A DNA stretch of 64,000 nt from Gemmatimonas sp. (GCA_965279375.1 OZ257156.1:1088001-1152000); one strand, 5' to 3'; positions 38,140 through 48,549 are shown, counted from the stretch's first letter. Numbers and translations: made by a program. The notes: a model not told the origin generated them from the sequence alone.

Positions 38140-41115
38140 GTGCCCCCACGTCTTCTCCGACGTGCCAGATTCCGGCTCGCCTTCCGACTACTGGCACTTC
38201 CGGCCCTGATGGCCGCTACCGTCGTTCCCGCCGCTAGCATTGCGGCGCAGTCCACCGGCACGATCGCTGGACGCATTCTCGACGCCGACAACGGTCAGCC
38301 GATCGTCGCCGCGCAGGTCACCATCGCCGGCACGCAACTCGGCCGCGCCACGGGCGACGACGGACGCTTCAGCATCAGCGGAGTCTCGTCCGGCAGCGTC
38401 ACGGTGACCGTGCGCCGCATCGGCTACATGCAGCAGACGCGCACGGTCTCGGTCACCGCCGGCGGTACGGTGACGGTGGACTTGTCGCTCGCCAAGAGCA
38501 GCGTGTCGCTCACCGGTGTCGTTGTCACGGCCACGGGCGAAGAGCGCAAGAAGGAAGTCGGCAACGCGGTCACCTCGGTCGACGCATCGCAGTTCGCGAA
38601 GGGCGGCGTCGCCAACACGCAGCAGATCCTCCAGGGTCGCTCGACGGGCGTGACGGTGCTTGGCAACTCGGGCCAGCCCGGCGCGGGCGGCTCGATTCGT
38701 TTGCGCGGCGTGAACAGCATCACGCAGGGCAATCGTCCGCTCATCTACGTGGACGGCGTGCGAATCTTCAACGGCAACTCGCCGACGGGCGTGTCGTCGC
38801 GTCAGTCCGTGTCGCCGCTCAATGACATCGCCGCGTCGGATATCGACCGCATCGAAGTGGTGAAGGGCCCGGCGGCCACCACGCTCTATGGCACCGAAGC
38901 GTCGGGCGGCGTGATCCAGATCTTCACCAAGCGTGGTCGTGATGGCGCTGCGCGCTGGACGGCGGAAGCGTCGGGCGGCTTCAACAGCATCGGCCAGTTC
39001 GGCCCCAAGTCGGATCCGACGGGCTTGTTCCTCAAGCAGTGCCGTGGCCCAGGGCTCGTGAACATCGATGGAGTAGCGTTTGAAGACGCCACCTGCCCGG
39101 AGAGCGGCTCGTGGTTCCAGAAGGGATCGGTGAGCCGCTATTCGTTGGGTGTGCGCGGCGCCGGCAGCGGCATCAACTACTCCATCTCGGGCAACCTCGA
39201 GAACGAGTACGGTGTGGTGCGCGTGGGCAACAACAAGACGGGTGGCCTGCGTGCGAACATCGGCTTCACGCCGCGCAAGGATCTCGTCATCGCGCTCAAC
39301 TCGTCGTATCAGAAGCGCGCGACGGCGATGATCTCCGACGGCAATAGCGCGGACGCATTCCTGCTCAACGTGTCGCGCGGCCCCGGCTCGAACTTCAAGG
39401 GCACCGGCTGCAGCAACGCGACGATCACCTGCGTGCTCAACGACACGATCTTCTCGAAGGCGAACACGATCGGCAACGACCACTTCATCACTGGCGGTAC
39501 GGTGACGTGGACGCCGATCACGCAGCTCTCCAATCGTCTCTCGGTCGGCTTCGACTACAACAACTCCGACATCAAGACGGTCAATCCGTTCGGCTACCTG
39601 CGCACGCCGACGGGCCAGTACTTCCAGACGCTGTGGAATCGCTCGCTCATCTCGGTGGACTACGCGAGCACGTGGAAGCAGTCGATCGGCAAGTCATTCT
39701 CGAGCGCCACGTCCGTTGGTGGCCAGCTGTTCGACAGCCGTCTCAACTCCACTGATCTTCAGGCCGACAACTTCGCGGGTCCGGGCACGCCGACGCTGAT
39801 CTCCGGTTCGTTGCGTCAGATCACCGACGTGAACGCGCAGCGCGTCATCAACGCCGGCTTCTTCGGGCAGCAGCAGCTCGGCTGGCGTGATCTGCTGTTC
39901 GTGACGGCCGGCGTGCGCGTCGACGGCAACAGCGCGTTCGGCAAGAGCTTTGGTCTCCAGACGTACCCCAAGCTGAGCGCGTCGTACGTGCTCTCTGACG
40001 AAAGCTTCTGGCCGGCCAAGTTCGTGGAAACGCTCAAGCTGCGCGCCGCCGTCGGTGAGTCGGGCAAGGCGCCCGGTGCGTTCGACGCCACGCGCACCTG
40101 GAACCCGATCGCCGCTGAAGGTGGTCTCTCCGGCTTCACGCCGGGTCAGCTTGGCAATCCGAACCTGGGTCCCGAGCGCACGCGCGAGACCGAAGGCGGC
40201 TTTGATGCCAGCATGTTCAACGGACGCCTCGGCGTCGTGATGACGTACTTCAAGGCGCGCACGAGCGATGCCCTGATCAACGTGTCGTATCCGCCGTCGC
40301 AGGGCTTTTCGGCCAACCAGCCCGAGAATGTGGGCGTACTGGAAAGCACCGGCCTCGAACTGCAGCTGACGTCGACCGTGCATCCGACGCGCTGGGCTGA
40401 GTTGAGCGGCCGCATCCAGTACACGAGCGTGAAGTCGAAGGCGGTGGACCTCGGCGGTCGCGTGCTGACGCTGGATGCCTTGGCGCGCAGCTACGTGAAG
40501 GAAGGGCTGCCGGTGCCCGCGTACATGGGCTTCAAGGTGCGTAACGCCGGTGAGGTCGCGACGCCAATCGTCGACACGCTGCAGTACCTCGGCGCGACGT
40601 TCCCGACGCAGATCATCAACCCGTCGCTGACGCTGACGCTGTTCAAGAATCTGTCGCTCGATGCCGTCGGCGAGTGGCAGCTGGGCGGCCACCTGCTCAA
40701 CGGCACGGCGTTCCAGAACTCCGGTTTGCAGATCTGGCAGCCGTGCTTCACGGCGCAGCGCGCGCTCAAGGCGGCGGCGGCAGGCAATGCGGCGGCGCTG
40801 GCCACGGTCAACGCGGGCGATCGCATCAAGTGCTCCATCACGGCAGCGGAGCGTGACTACAGCTACTTCGTGGAGAGCTCGGACTTCTTCAAGCTGCGCA
40901 GCGTCTCGATGTCGTACGAGCTGCCGACGAGCATCTCGCATCTGTCGCGCCCGATGACGTTGCAGTTGACCGGTCGCAATCTGTTGACGCGCACGAACTA
41001 CACCGGATCCGATCCGGAGAACGCCGACCAGCGCACGAGCACGTTCTATCGTCGCGACTACTACAACTTCCCGCCCTATCGCACGTTCCTGTTGTCCGTG
41101 CGGACGAGCTTCTGA
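38140..41115 (+). CDS. SusC/RagA family TonB-dependent receptor (GTG start inferred)
   Basis: CarboxypepD-like N-domain; GQPGAG.SIRLRG, PLIYVDG, IEVVKGPAATTLYG..ASGGVIQIFTK; terminal F; GAGGA RBS. Confidence 0.95.
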   Translation: MPPRLLRRARFRLAFRLLALPALMAATVVPAASIAAQSTGTIAGRILDADNGQPIVAAQVTIAGTQLGRATGDDGRFSISGVSSGSVTVTVRRIGYMQQTRTVSVTAGGTVTVDLSLAKSSVSLTGVVVTATGEERKKEVGNAVTSVDASQFAKGGVANTQQILQGRSTGVTVLGNSGQPGAGGSIRLRGVNSITQGNRPLIYVDGVRIFNGNSPTGVSSRQSVSPLNDIAASDIDRIEVVKGPAATTLYGTEASGGVIQIFTKRGRDGAARWTAEASGGFNSIGQFGPKSDPTGLFLKQCRGPGLVNIDGVAFEDATCPESGSWFQKGSVSRYSLGVRGAGSGINYSISGNLENEYGVVRVGNNKTGGLRANIGFTPRKDLVIALNSSYQKRATAMISDGNSADAFLLNVSRGPGSNFKGTGCSNATITCVLNDTIFSKANTIGNDHFITGGTVTWTPITQLSNRLSVGFDYNNSDIKTVNPFGYLRTPTGQYFQTLWNRSLISVDYASTWKQSIGKSFSSATSVGGQLFDSRLNSTDLQADNFAGPGTPTLISGSLRQITDVNAQRVINAGFFGQQQLGWRDLLFVTAGVRVDGNSAFGKSFGLQTYPKLSASYVLSDESFWPAKFVETLKLRAAVGESGKAPGAFDATRTWNPIAAEGGLSGFTPGQLGNPNLGPERTRETEGGFDASMFNGRLGVVMTYFKARTSDALINVSYPPSQGFSANQPENVGVLESTGLELQLTSTVHPTRWAELSGRIQYTSVKSKAVDLGGRVLTLDALARSYVKEGLPVPAYMGFKVRNAGEVATPIVDTLQYLGATFPTQIINPSLTLTLFKNLSLDAVGEWQLGGHLLNGTAFQNSGLQIWQPCFTAQRALKAAAAGNAAALATVNAGDRIKCSITAAERDYSYFVESSDFFKLRSVSMSYELPTSISHLSRPMTLQLTGRNLLTRTNYTGSDPENADQRTSTFYRRDYYNFPPYRTFLLSVRTSF

Positions 41116-41117
41116 CC

Positions 41118-42335
41118 ATGACCACCGCACATATCTCCCGCACCGCTCGTCGCGCCGCGACGAGCCTCGCGCTGGTCGGCATCGTCGGCGCGCTTTCGGG
41201 CTGCAAGCTCGAAGTCACCAATCCTGGTCCACTGCAGGACACCGATCTCAACACGGCGAGCGCCGTCCCCGCCTTGGTCAACGGCATGGGTGGTGACCTC
41301 TCGAACGCGATGGGCAACTACATCACGCGTGGATCACTTGCTGCGTTCGAGTTGGTGCACTCGGGCAACTTTGCCGCCGAACGCAAGTTCGCGTCCGGGC
41401 AGATCGCGCCTGAAGACGTGAACGGCGATTGGGCGCGCATGCACACCGCGCGCTACGTGGCCGAAGCAGGGCTCGTGCGCATGAAGACGGTGCTTGGCTC
41501 GGCGTTCGAAACGAACACGAATACGCCGCGTGCGTATCTGTACGCGGGCTTCGCCAATCGCTTTCTCGGCGAGAACGTCTGCAACGCGGTCATCGACGGT
41601 GGCTCGTCGTTGCCGAGCAGTGAGCACTTCGTGCGCGCGGAGAGTTTGTTCACGCGAGCGCTGACCATCGCGCGGGCGCAGAACAACACCGCGCTTACCA
41701 ATGCGGCACTGGCTGGACGTGCCACCGTGTTGGCGTGGCAGGGCAAGTGGGCCGCGGCCGATGCGGATGCGGCGCTCGTGCCGGTGGCGTTCCGTCACAA
41801 CGCGATCTTCTCCACGAACACCACGCGTGAGAATCTCGACTTGGCCAACCAGACGATCACGCGTCGTGAAGTGACCGTGTGGAACACCGTGTGGGTGGCC
41901 GATCGCGATGTGCGCACGCCGTACGACACCGTGAAGACGGGAACGGCGATCACGCGCGGTCAGGATGGCGTGACGAACTTCTTCCGTCAGCGGAAGTACC
42001 TCACGCTGGGCGATCCCGTTGCATTGGCCAAGGGAACGGAGATGCTGCTCATCCGCGCGGAAGCAGCGTTGCGCAGCAACAACGTGGCCTCGGCGATGAC
42101 GTTCATCAATCAGGAGCGTGCGACGTTCACGTTACCAGCGTTGACGGCAACGACGGTCGATGCGGCATTCACGATTCTGATGCGTGAGCGTGGCGCGCTG
42201 TTGTGGCTGGAAGGCCGTCGCTTGTGGGACCTGCGCCGCTGGCTGGCCGAGGGTCGCAACACGACGCTGCAAGGCCGGAGCGTGTGCATTCCGATTTCGC
42301 TCGAAGAGCAGGGCGCGAATCCGAATTTGCAGTAG
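41118..42335 (+). CDS. SusD/RagB family lipoprotein
   Basis: LSGC lipobox; EMLLIRAEA..IN..R; ER...LWLEGRRLWDLRR; CIPI..E...NPN. Confidence 0.93.
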   Translation: MTTAHISRTARRAATSLALVGIVGALSGCKLEVTNPGPLQDTDLNTASAVPALVNGMGGDLSNAMGNYITRGSLAAFELVHSGNFAAERKFASGQIAPEDVNGDWARMHTARYVAEAGLVRMKTVLGSAFETNTNTPRAYLYAGFANRFLGENVCNAVIDGGSSLPSSEHFVRAESLFTRALTIARAQNNTALTNAALAGRATVLAWQGKWAAADADAALVPVAFRHNAIFSTNTTRENLDLANQTITRREVTVWNTVWVADRDVRTPYDTVKTGTAITRGQDGVTNFFRQRKYLTLGDPVALAKGTEMLLIRAEAALRSNNVASAMTFINQERATFTLPALTATTVDAAFTILMRERGALLWLEGRRLWDLRRWLAEGRNTTLQGRSVCIPISLEEQGANPNLQ

Positions 42336-42374
42336 CGCATGTGACGTAGCGGTGATGTAGCGCTACGCAGGTAG

Positions 42375-42438
42375 TGCGCAGACGGCCGGCGATGGATTCG
42401 GGAGCTCACCCGATTCACCATCGCCGGCCGTTTGTGCG
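42375..42438 (+). terminator. Long stem-loop after susD
   Basis: GCGCAGACGGCCGGCGATGG ... CCATCGCCGGCCGTTTGTGC ~20-bp stem with inner TCGGG/CCCGA. Confidence 0.7.
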
Positions 42439-42556
42439 TGAGGGGTGTCTGCGTGCAGCCTCCTGTCGCCTGGATGGGCGCCGTTGGGAACTTCTGTCGG
42501 ACGCGCCGTCTATGACGTGTGCAGGGTACGAGAACCCCAATCTGAGATAGGATCTT

Positions 42557-43153
42557 ATGCGCAGACTGCTATCGAGCCGCACCGTTCTTCCCATGCTGCT
42601 GGCGAGCGCGCTCGCGTCTGCGCCGCACGTGGTGCACGCGCAGTCCGCCAAGCCGCCAATGGCGATGACAACGGCTCCTGCGGCCAAGCCAACCATCTTC
42701 CGCAAGCCGTCCGACGGTGAGCTGAAGCGACTGCTGACACCGATGCAGTATCAGGTCACGCAGCACGAGTCCACGGAGCCGCCGTTCCGCAACGAGTTCT
42801 GGAATCACCACGAAGCGGGCATCTACGTCGATGTCGTTTCCGACGAGCCGTTGTTCAGCAGCACCGACAAGTACGAATCGGGAACCGGCTGGCCCAGCTT
42901 CACCAAGCCGATTGCGTCAACAAACGTTCGCACCGTCACCGATCGTCAGCTGTCTGAAGAGCGCACCGAGGTGCGATCGCGGCTGGGTGATTCGCATCTC
43001 GGGCACGTGTTCGACGATGGCCCGCGCCCTACCGGCTTGCGCTACTGCATTAACTCTGCGTCGCTGCGATTCATTCCGGCCAGCGATCTCGAGAAGGAAG
43101 GCTACGGCCAGTACGCCAAGCTCTTCGTTGGACTGAAGCCAAAGAACAAGTAA
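42557..43153 (+). CDS. msrB: Peptide-methionine (R)-S-oxide reductase with signal peptide
   Basis: [45 protein letters not shown]; lacks Zn CxxC motifs. Confidence 0.96.
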   Translation: MRRLLSSRTVLPMLLASALASAPHVVHAQSAKPPMAMTTAPAAKPTIFRKPSDGELKRLLTPMQYQVTQHESTEPPFRNEFWNHHEAGIYVDVVSDEPLFSSTDKYESGTGWPSFTKPIASTNVRTVTDRQLSEERTEVRSRLGDSHLGHVFDDGPRPTGLRYCINSASLRFIPASDLEKEGYGQYAKLFVGLKPKNK

Positions 43154-43165
43154 AGACCGGCGCGA

Positions 43166-43777
43166 TCATTCGCCCCTGACGTCGAGCCCCATCGCCATCG
43201 CGATCGTGATGGCCTGCTGATAATCCACGATCGCGCCGGTGAGCGTCACGCGTGCGGGCTCGACGGCGCTGAGATCGCTGCCTCGCAGATCCGCATCGGT
43301 GAAGTCGGCACCATTGAGCGACGCGCAGGCCAAGTCCACGCTGCGCATACTCATGCCTCCGCAGCGTGCGTCGCTCAGATCGACTTCGCGCAATCGCGCA
43401 TCTGCAAAGCGCGCCTTTCGCAGGTCGGCTCCGGCCAACTGCACGAACGACCAGTTGCCGCCGCTCACCTTCATGAGATCGAAGCTGCAGCGATCGAACT
43501 TGCTCCCGACGAACTTGCACTCGGTGAAGCGGGCGTCGAAGAAGTTGCAGTTGGAGAAGCGGCAGTTCACAAACGCGGCATCGGTGTGCGCGGAGATATT
43601 GAACTGCACGCCGCGGAAGGTGCAATCGGTGAAGACCGCGCCGTTGTTCACCGCCTCGGTCATGTCGATGTCCACGAACGCCACCCGTGTGTGCGTCTCG
43701 CCGCTGATGTCGCGCCCTTCCCAGTTTGCGCCGCTGACAGTGGAATCGGTTGTTGGCGAATTCCCGGCGTTGCTCAT
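43166..43777 (-). CDS. Pentapeptide repeat protein (MfpA/Qnr-like fold)
   Basis: Continuous A/C-x-F/L-x-x pentads (AVFTD CTFRG ... ADLRK ARFAD ARLRE); ATGA overlap with nhaA stop. Confidence 0.93.
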   Translation of the reverse strand: MSNAGNSPTTDSTVSGANWEGRDISGETHTRVAFVDIDMTEAVNNGAVFTDCTFRGVQFNISAHTDAAFVNCRFSNCNFFDARFTECKFVGSKFDRCSFDLMKVSGGNWSFVQLAGADLRKARFADARLREVDLSDARCGGMSMRSVDLACASLNGADFTDADLRGSDLSAVEPARVTLTGAIVDYQQAITIAMAMGLDVRGE

Positions 43778-45138
43778 CTGGATGGACTCGAGGGTGTGCC
43801 GGAGGATGCGTTGAGCGAGCGTAGCAGCAGATAGCCGACGAGGCCCGCGCAGCCGCTGGCAGTGAGTACGGCAAGCTTGGCGATGTCGAGCTGCTCCGCC
43901 GACGTGAACGCCAGTCCGGCCACGAACAGCGACATCGTGAAGCCGATCCCGCCTAACCATGCAACGCCATGCAGCTGCTTCCACGACGCGCCCGTGGGCA
44001 GGTCGGCGGCACCGATGCGCACCGCGATCACGCTCGCCAGGGTGATGCCGATCGGCTTGCCCAACAGCAGCCCCATCGCGGCGCCAATGGCAATCGGATT
44101 GGTGGCAGCCGCTGCCAGATCCGATCCCAGCGAAACACCCGCGTTGGCCAAGGCGAAGATCGGCATGATGCCAAAGGCGACGACGCTTTGCAGCGCGTGC
44201 TCCACCTGCTGCAACGGCGACTGGGCCGCGTCGGCCGCGCTCTCGAGCGCCTGCAGTGCGCTCTGATGCCCCTGATTGGACAGGACCGTCGTACCGGGTT
44301 CATCGGCCGCGCGAAAATCGGCGAGGCTCGCTTCGGCCGACGCGAGAAACTGGTCTTCGGAGATTCGCGTGCGGGCGGGCAGCATGAGCGCGAGCAGCAC
44401 GCCGGCAATCGTGGCGTGAATGCCCGACTTGAGCATGAACAGCCACAGCACCACGCCAAGCAAGGCGTAGGTGGCCGGACGACGTGCTCCTGCGCGATTG
44501 AGCGCGAACAGCGCCAACAGCACCAGCGCGGCTCCGCCCAGCGCCGCCCAGTCGATCGCGCTGGTATAGAACAGCGCGATCACCAGCACCGCCCCCAGAT
44601 CGTCGGCGATGGCGAGCGCAGCGAGAAACACGCGCAGGCTGGTCGGCACACGGTTGCCGAGTAGCGCCAGAATTCCCAGCGCAAAGGCGATGTCCGTGGC
44701 CATTGGGACGCCCCATCCCGCCGCACCGGGTCCACGCGCATTCACGCTCGCGTACAGCAGCGCCGGCACGATCATGCCACCGAGCGCCGCTGCGACGGGC
44801 AGCGTGGCCGACCGACGCGACGACAGCTCGCCCACGAGGATCTCGCGCTTGATCTCGAGCCCAACGAGCAGAAAGAACACGGCCATGAGGCCGTCGTTGA
44901 CCCAGGCGTGCAGCGGGAGTGTCAGGCCGAACGACGGCGCGCCGATGCTGACCGGCGTCTCCCAGAGGTGATGATACGACGCGGCCCATGGCGAGTTGGC
45001 CCAGCCGAGCGCGACCGCCGTGCATGCCAGCAGCACCAGACCGCCGGCGGCGCTGGTGGCAAAGAAGCGTTGAAACGGTCCGAGTACTCGCTCGACGAGC
45101 GGGCGTGAACCGGGCATGCGTGCGGGAGCCGTGGACAT
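43774..45138 (-). CDS. nhaA: Na+/H+ antiporter NhaA
   Basis: WVNDGLMAVFF, GWGVPMATDIAF, LAIADDLGA, GKPIGI, GIGFTMSLF. Confidence 0.97.
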   Translation of the reverse strand: MSTAPARMPGSRPLVERVLGPFQRFFATSAAGGLVLLACTAVALGWANSPWAASYHHLWETPVSIGAPSFGLTLPLHAWVNDGLMAVFFLLVGLEIKREILVGELSSRRSATLPVAAALGGMIVPALLYASVNARGPGAAGWGVPMATDIAFALGILALLGNRVPTSLRVFLAALAIADDLGAVLVIALFYTSAIDWAALGGAALVLLALFALNRAGARRPATYALLGVVLWLFMLKSGIHATIAGVLLALMLPARTRISEDQFLASAEASLADFRAADEPGTTVLSNQGHQSALQALESAADAAQSPLQQVEHALQSVVAFGIMPIFALANAGVSLGSDLAAAATNPIAIGAAMGLLLGKPIGITLASVIAVRIGAADLPTGASWKQLHGVAWLGGIGFTMSLFVAGLAFTSAEQLDIAKLAVLTASGCAGLVGYLLLRSLNASSGTPSSPSR

Positions 45139-45219
45139 GGGAGGTGAAATCTATTGCTGGGCACTCGCCGGTGATGAAGCGCACGACCGCGTGGCGACGC
45201 ATTGCGCATCTTTCTGTCT

Positions 45220-46389
45220 ATGCGAGTATCCGCATCGGTTGGGCTACTACTTACTCTCGTCGCGGCGCGCGTCCTGCCGGCACAGCGCCCGGACATGCGC
45301 GACTCGGCCATGGCGGCCGCTGCGAGCACAGTGCTCACATTCGATCACTTCGCCGAGCGTTGCGCGCGCGGCAAGCCGATTGCGGGCAAGGACTCGACGA
45401 TTGTTGCGACGTGGGTCAGCACGCAAGGCGTGGAGTTGGTGCGGACACGGCTGCAGGAGCTGGCTGGCGATGCGTCGCAGCAACCGCTCATCGCACAAGC
45501 GCGCGCCGCGATCGTTCAGCGCTACGGCACGATGAATTTCCTGAGCTGCCGTGCGATGGTGCAGGTGACCAGGCAGCCCGACGCCCAGTTCGCCAGCACG
45601 TCGCCGCAACTGCTGCGGGCGCTGCGGGCGCCAGCGATGGTCGCAGCTTCCAGCACACCGGTCGGCGCTCCCGATACCGCCGTGAGTGCGACCAACACGT
45701 CATCGACATCGAACGCGTCATCGAGCGCGTCATTGCAGGCGTCAGCGGACGCGTCATCGTCAACACACGCGGCGCTCCTTGCGCGCATCGAAGGCTTTGC
45801 GTTCGACACGCGCCCCAAGATGGGCATGGGCGGTTTCATCGCGCTCGACATCTATCCCATCGTGCTCTTTCACAACGGCGAGGTGCTGACCGATGTGGAA
45901 GGACTCTCGTTTCGCGCGGGGCTCGATGCGCACAAGCGCGCTGAACCCACGCTGTGGACCCGATGGCGCCGTACGGGTCGATCACTCGAGATCGTGAAGG
46001 ACGGACGATGGGACACGCTCGAGTTTCCGACCATCTACTCGAGCGTACCCGCTGGATTTCGACTGCAAGGACTCTTTCGTAGCACGTCCGGCGTGGGCAA
46101 CGTGGCGGTGGGCGGCACGCAAAGCGTGACCGCGTGGAATGAGTTCCGCTTCTCCAACGATGGTCGCGTGCAACGCGGCGGTGGCGCGGGATCGCGTGCG
46201 GAAGCGGGCGGCACATCCGTGGTGACCAGCGCGGTCGCTGCGAATCGTCGCGGCACCTATCGCATCGATGGGCTCGAGCTCGTGATCAGCTACGACGATG
46301 GCTCGAGCGACCGGCGCATCTTCATCACCGACCCCGCCAAGCCGACGGTGATTTGGCTCGACGGGGTGAGTTATGTGCTGCGAAAGTAG
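45220..46389 (+). CDS. Hypothetical secreted protein
   Basis: Signal peptide; small helical domain with 2 Cys; Ser/Thr/Ala linker; beta-rich C-terminus (F..DG, GTYRIDG..L.I.YDDG). Confidence 0.75.
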   Translation: MRVSASVGLLLTLVAARVLPAQRPDMRDSAMAAAASTVLTFDHFAERCARGKPIAGKDSTIVATWVSTQGVELVRTRLQELAGDASQQPLIAQARAAIVQRYGTMNFLSCRAMVQVTRQPDAQFASTSPQLLRALRAPAMVAASSTPVGAPDTAVSATNTSSTSNASSSASLQASADASSSTHAALLARIEGFAFDTRPKMGMGGFIALDIYPIVLFHNGEVLTDVEGLSFRAGLDAHKRAEPTLWTRWRRTGRSLEIVKDGRWDTLEFPTIYSSVPAGFRLQGLFRSTSGVGNVAVGGTQSVTAWNEFRFSNDGRVQRGGGAGSRAEAGGTSVVTSAVAANRRGTYRIDGLELVISYDDGSSDRRIFITDPAKPTVIWLDGVSYVLRK

Positions 46390-46422
46390 GCGCTTGCTTC
46401 AGCGCTTGATTCAGCGCGTGGT

Positions 46423-47454
46423 TTAACGCTCGCTGTCCAGCATGCGCATCTGGTGCGCGTCGTAGCGTGTGCCGCTCACGGTCGCCGCGATCGCCTCCAT
46501 ACGCGCGAAGTCGTCGGCAGTCAGTGTGACCGTGAGTGCCGCCAGTGATTCCGCCAGCTGCGCGCGCGTGCGTGCACCAATCACCGGCACGATGTCGTCG
46601 CCACGGCTCAGCACCCACGCAATCGCCGCCTGCGTCATCGACACGCCCTTGGCCGTCGCGATCTCGCGCAGGGCGTTCACCAACTCGCGATTGCGTTCAC
46701 CACTCTCGCCGGCAAAGCGCGGCAGGTGCGTACGAAAGTCTTTCGCGTCGCTCGGGATCGATCCTGACAACAGTCCCCGCGACAGCACGCCGTACGCAGT
46801 CACGCCGATCCCGAGCTCGCGCAGTACGGGCAGGATCTCCGTTTCGACCGAGCGACTGATCAGCGAATACTCGATCTGCAAATCCGCGATCGGATGCACC
46901 GCGTGCGCACGTCGGATCGTATCAGCCCCCACTTCGGACAACCCGATGGCGCGCACGTATCCCGCCTTCACGAGATCAGCGATGGCACCGATCGTGTCTT
47001 CAATGGGCACCGCCGGGTCGAGACGGGCCGGGCGATAAATGTCGATGTACTCCACGCCCAGTCGGGTGAGCGTGTGTGCGAGCGCGTTCCTGATGGCCAC
47101 CGGGCGTGTGTCGATGCCGATCCAGCTGCCGTCTGGTCCGCGCAGCGCGCCGAACTTGACCGACAGCAATGCGTCGTCGCGCCGCCCCTGCAGTGCCCGG
47201 CCAATCAGCAGCTCGTTCCTGCCAATGCCATAGAAGTCGCCGGTATCGAGCAGCGTCACGCCCCGTTCCAGGGCCTCGTGAATCGTGCGGATGCTCTCGG
47301 CGTCGTCGCTGACGCCGTACATCCCGGACATACCCATGCAGCCGAGGGAGATGGGGAAGACGGTCGGGCCGGTGGCACCGAGTTGGCGCGGGACGTGGGC
47401 GGCGGCGATCGAAGAATCGGGGGAGCGCTGGGTCGCTGCGTGTGAAGAAGTCAT
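46423..47454 (-). CDS. Aldo/keto reductase
   Basis: LGCMGMS, LDTGDFYG, SVKFG, IGLSE, LQIEYSL, YGVLSRG, PVIG. Confidence 0.95.
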   Translation of the reverse strand: MTSSHAATQRSPDSSIAAAHVPRQLGATGPTVFPISLGCMGMSGMYGVSDDAESIRTIHEALERGVTLLDTGDFYGIGRNELLIGRALQGRRDDALLSVKFGALRGPDGSWIGIDTRPVAIRNALAHTLTRLGVEYIDIYRPARLDPAVPIEDTIGAIADLVKAGYVRAIGLSEVGADTIRRAHAVHPIADLQIEYSLISRSVETEILPVLRELGIGVTAYGVLSRGLLSGSIPSDAKDFRTHLPRFAGESGERNRELVNALREIATAKGVSMTQAAIAWVLSRGDDIVPVIGARTRAQLAESLAALTVTLTADDFARMEAIAATVSGTRYDAHQMRMLDSER

Positions 47455-47471
47455 GGAGCAACCATATGGAC

Positions 47472-47533
47472 TCACAGTATCCTGTGGCAACAAGGCGCCC
47501 GAAAGTGCTATACTCACCTTATGGATACTGTGA
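47472..47533. promoter_or_regulatory. Inverted 11-bp boxes in the divergent AKR/HxlR control region
   Basis: TCACAGTATCC (47472-82) and GGATACTGTGA (47523-33). Confidence 0.55.
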
Positions 47534-47949
47534 ACTTGGCCTCGAAAGACGAGGCGCTCTCCGGACCGGGCTCCATGGCCGAGCGGCAGTTGGACATGGC
47601 GCGGGAGCTGTTGTCGCGCGTGGCGGACAAGTGGACGCTGCTCGTCATCGAGGCGCTCGAGGACGGCAAGCCACGGCGCTTCAGTCGGTTACAGGAGACG
47701 GTGCACGGCATCAGCCAGAAGATGCTGACCAAGACGCTGCGCCAGCTCGAGCGCGACGGGCTGGTCGTGCGGCGGGTGCATCCCGTGATCCCGCCGCACG
47801 TGGACTACCAGCTCACCACACTTGGCCATTCGCTGGGCGAGGCGGTGTGCGGGGTCTGGCTGTGGGTGGCCGCGAACGCGGAGGCGGTGGAGCGCGCGCG
47901 GCTCGAGTTTGGCCGTCGTGAGATCGGCGCGTCGCCGGCAGCCGACTAG
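47521..47949 (+). CDS. HxlR family winged-HTH regulator
   Basis: ADKWTLLV, RFSRL, GISQKMLTKTLRQLERDGLV, PPHVDY.LT.LG. Confidence 0.94.
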   Translation: MDTVNLASKDEALSGPGSMAERQLDMARELLSRVADKWTLLVIEALEDGKPRRFSRLQETVHGISQKMLTKTLRQLERDGLVVRRVHPVIPPHVDYQLTTLGHSLGEAVCGVWLWVAANAEAVERARLEFGRREIGASPAAD

Positions 47950-47965
47950 ATCCGCCGCAGCAGAG

Positions 47966-48002
47966 AAAACAAAGCGGCGCCCGCGATTGACGCGGGCGCC
48001 GC
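47966..48002 (-). terminator. Intrinsic terminator for the BLUF gene (likely bidirectional)
   Basis: GCGGCGCCCGCG-attga-CGCGGGCGCCGC with TTTGTTTT on the minus strand. Confidence 0.85.
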
Positions 48003-48019
48003 AATTGTCTCAGTCGATC

Positions 48020-48541
48020 TTATCGGACGGCCTTTCTCGTCGCCTTCCGACCTTTCGTCACCGTGGCCGGAACAACCACGTCCGGCGTCACCCGGACCTC
48101 GAGCGATGCCGCGTGCGCCCGCTCGATGGCCGCGAGGTCAGTCAACAGTCCGATCGCCTGCTTGGTCGACATCGCCAGCGGTTCGAAGGCGCGTCCTGAC
48201 ATCCGCACCGCCACCGCCTCGCGGCGCTTCGGCGCGAACGGTTCATCGAGACTGATCATCTTCATCGACCATTCCTCGAAGCTGCGCGTGCGGATTACCG
48301 CATAGCTCAGGATTTCCGCGCCATTGTGCCGCTGATCGCGAAGGATCTTGGCGTAGATCGCATTGACGGCATCGCGCGGGCCTTCGAGCAGCTGCAGAAA
48401 CGAACCGTTTCCGTGCGCGAGGATCCCGCTCACGCCGCACTCGGCGTTCGCGATCTTCGCCTGCCTTCGAATACTCATTAGATCCGAAATGTGAAGGCCG
48501 GGCCGTGCGGCACTTGCATAGACCAGACGAATTAGTGGCAT
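48020..48541 (-). CDS. BLUF domain blue-light photoreceptor (stand-alone)
   Basis: RLVYAS (Tyr), N...GVSGIL, FLQLLEG (Gln), I..DQRH, RSFEEWSM (Trp/Met). Confidence 0.93.
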   Translation of the reverse strand: MPLIRLVYASAARPGLHISDLMSIRRQAKIANAECGVSGILAHGNGSFLQLLEGPRDAVNAIYAKILRDQRHNGAEILSYAVIRTRSFEEWSMKMISLDEPFAPKRREAVAVRMSGRAFEPLAMSTKQAIGLLTDLAAIERAHAASLEVRVTPDVVVPATVTKGRKATRKAVR

Positions 48542-48549
48542 GCTGTGTG

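Noticed and set aside
45139..45219. nhaA-I/II riboswitch upstream of nhaA
   Set aside because: No recognisable conserved motif in the short divergent spacer
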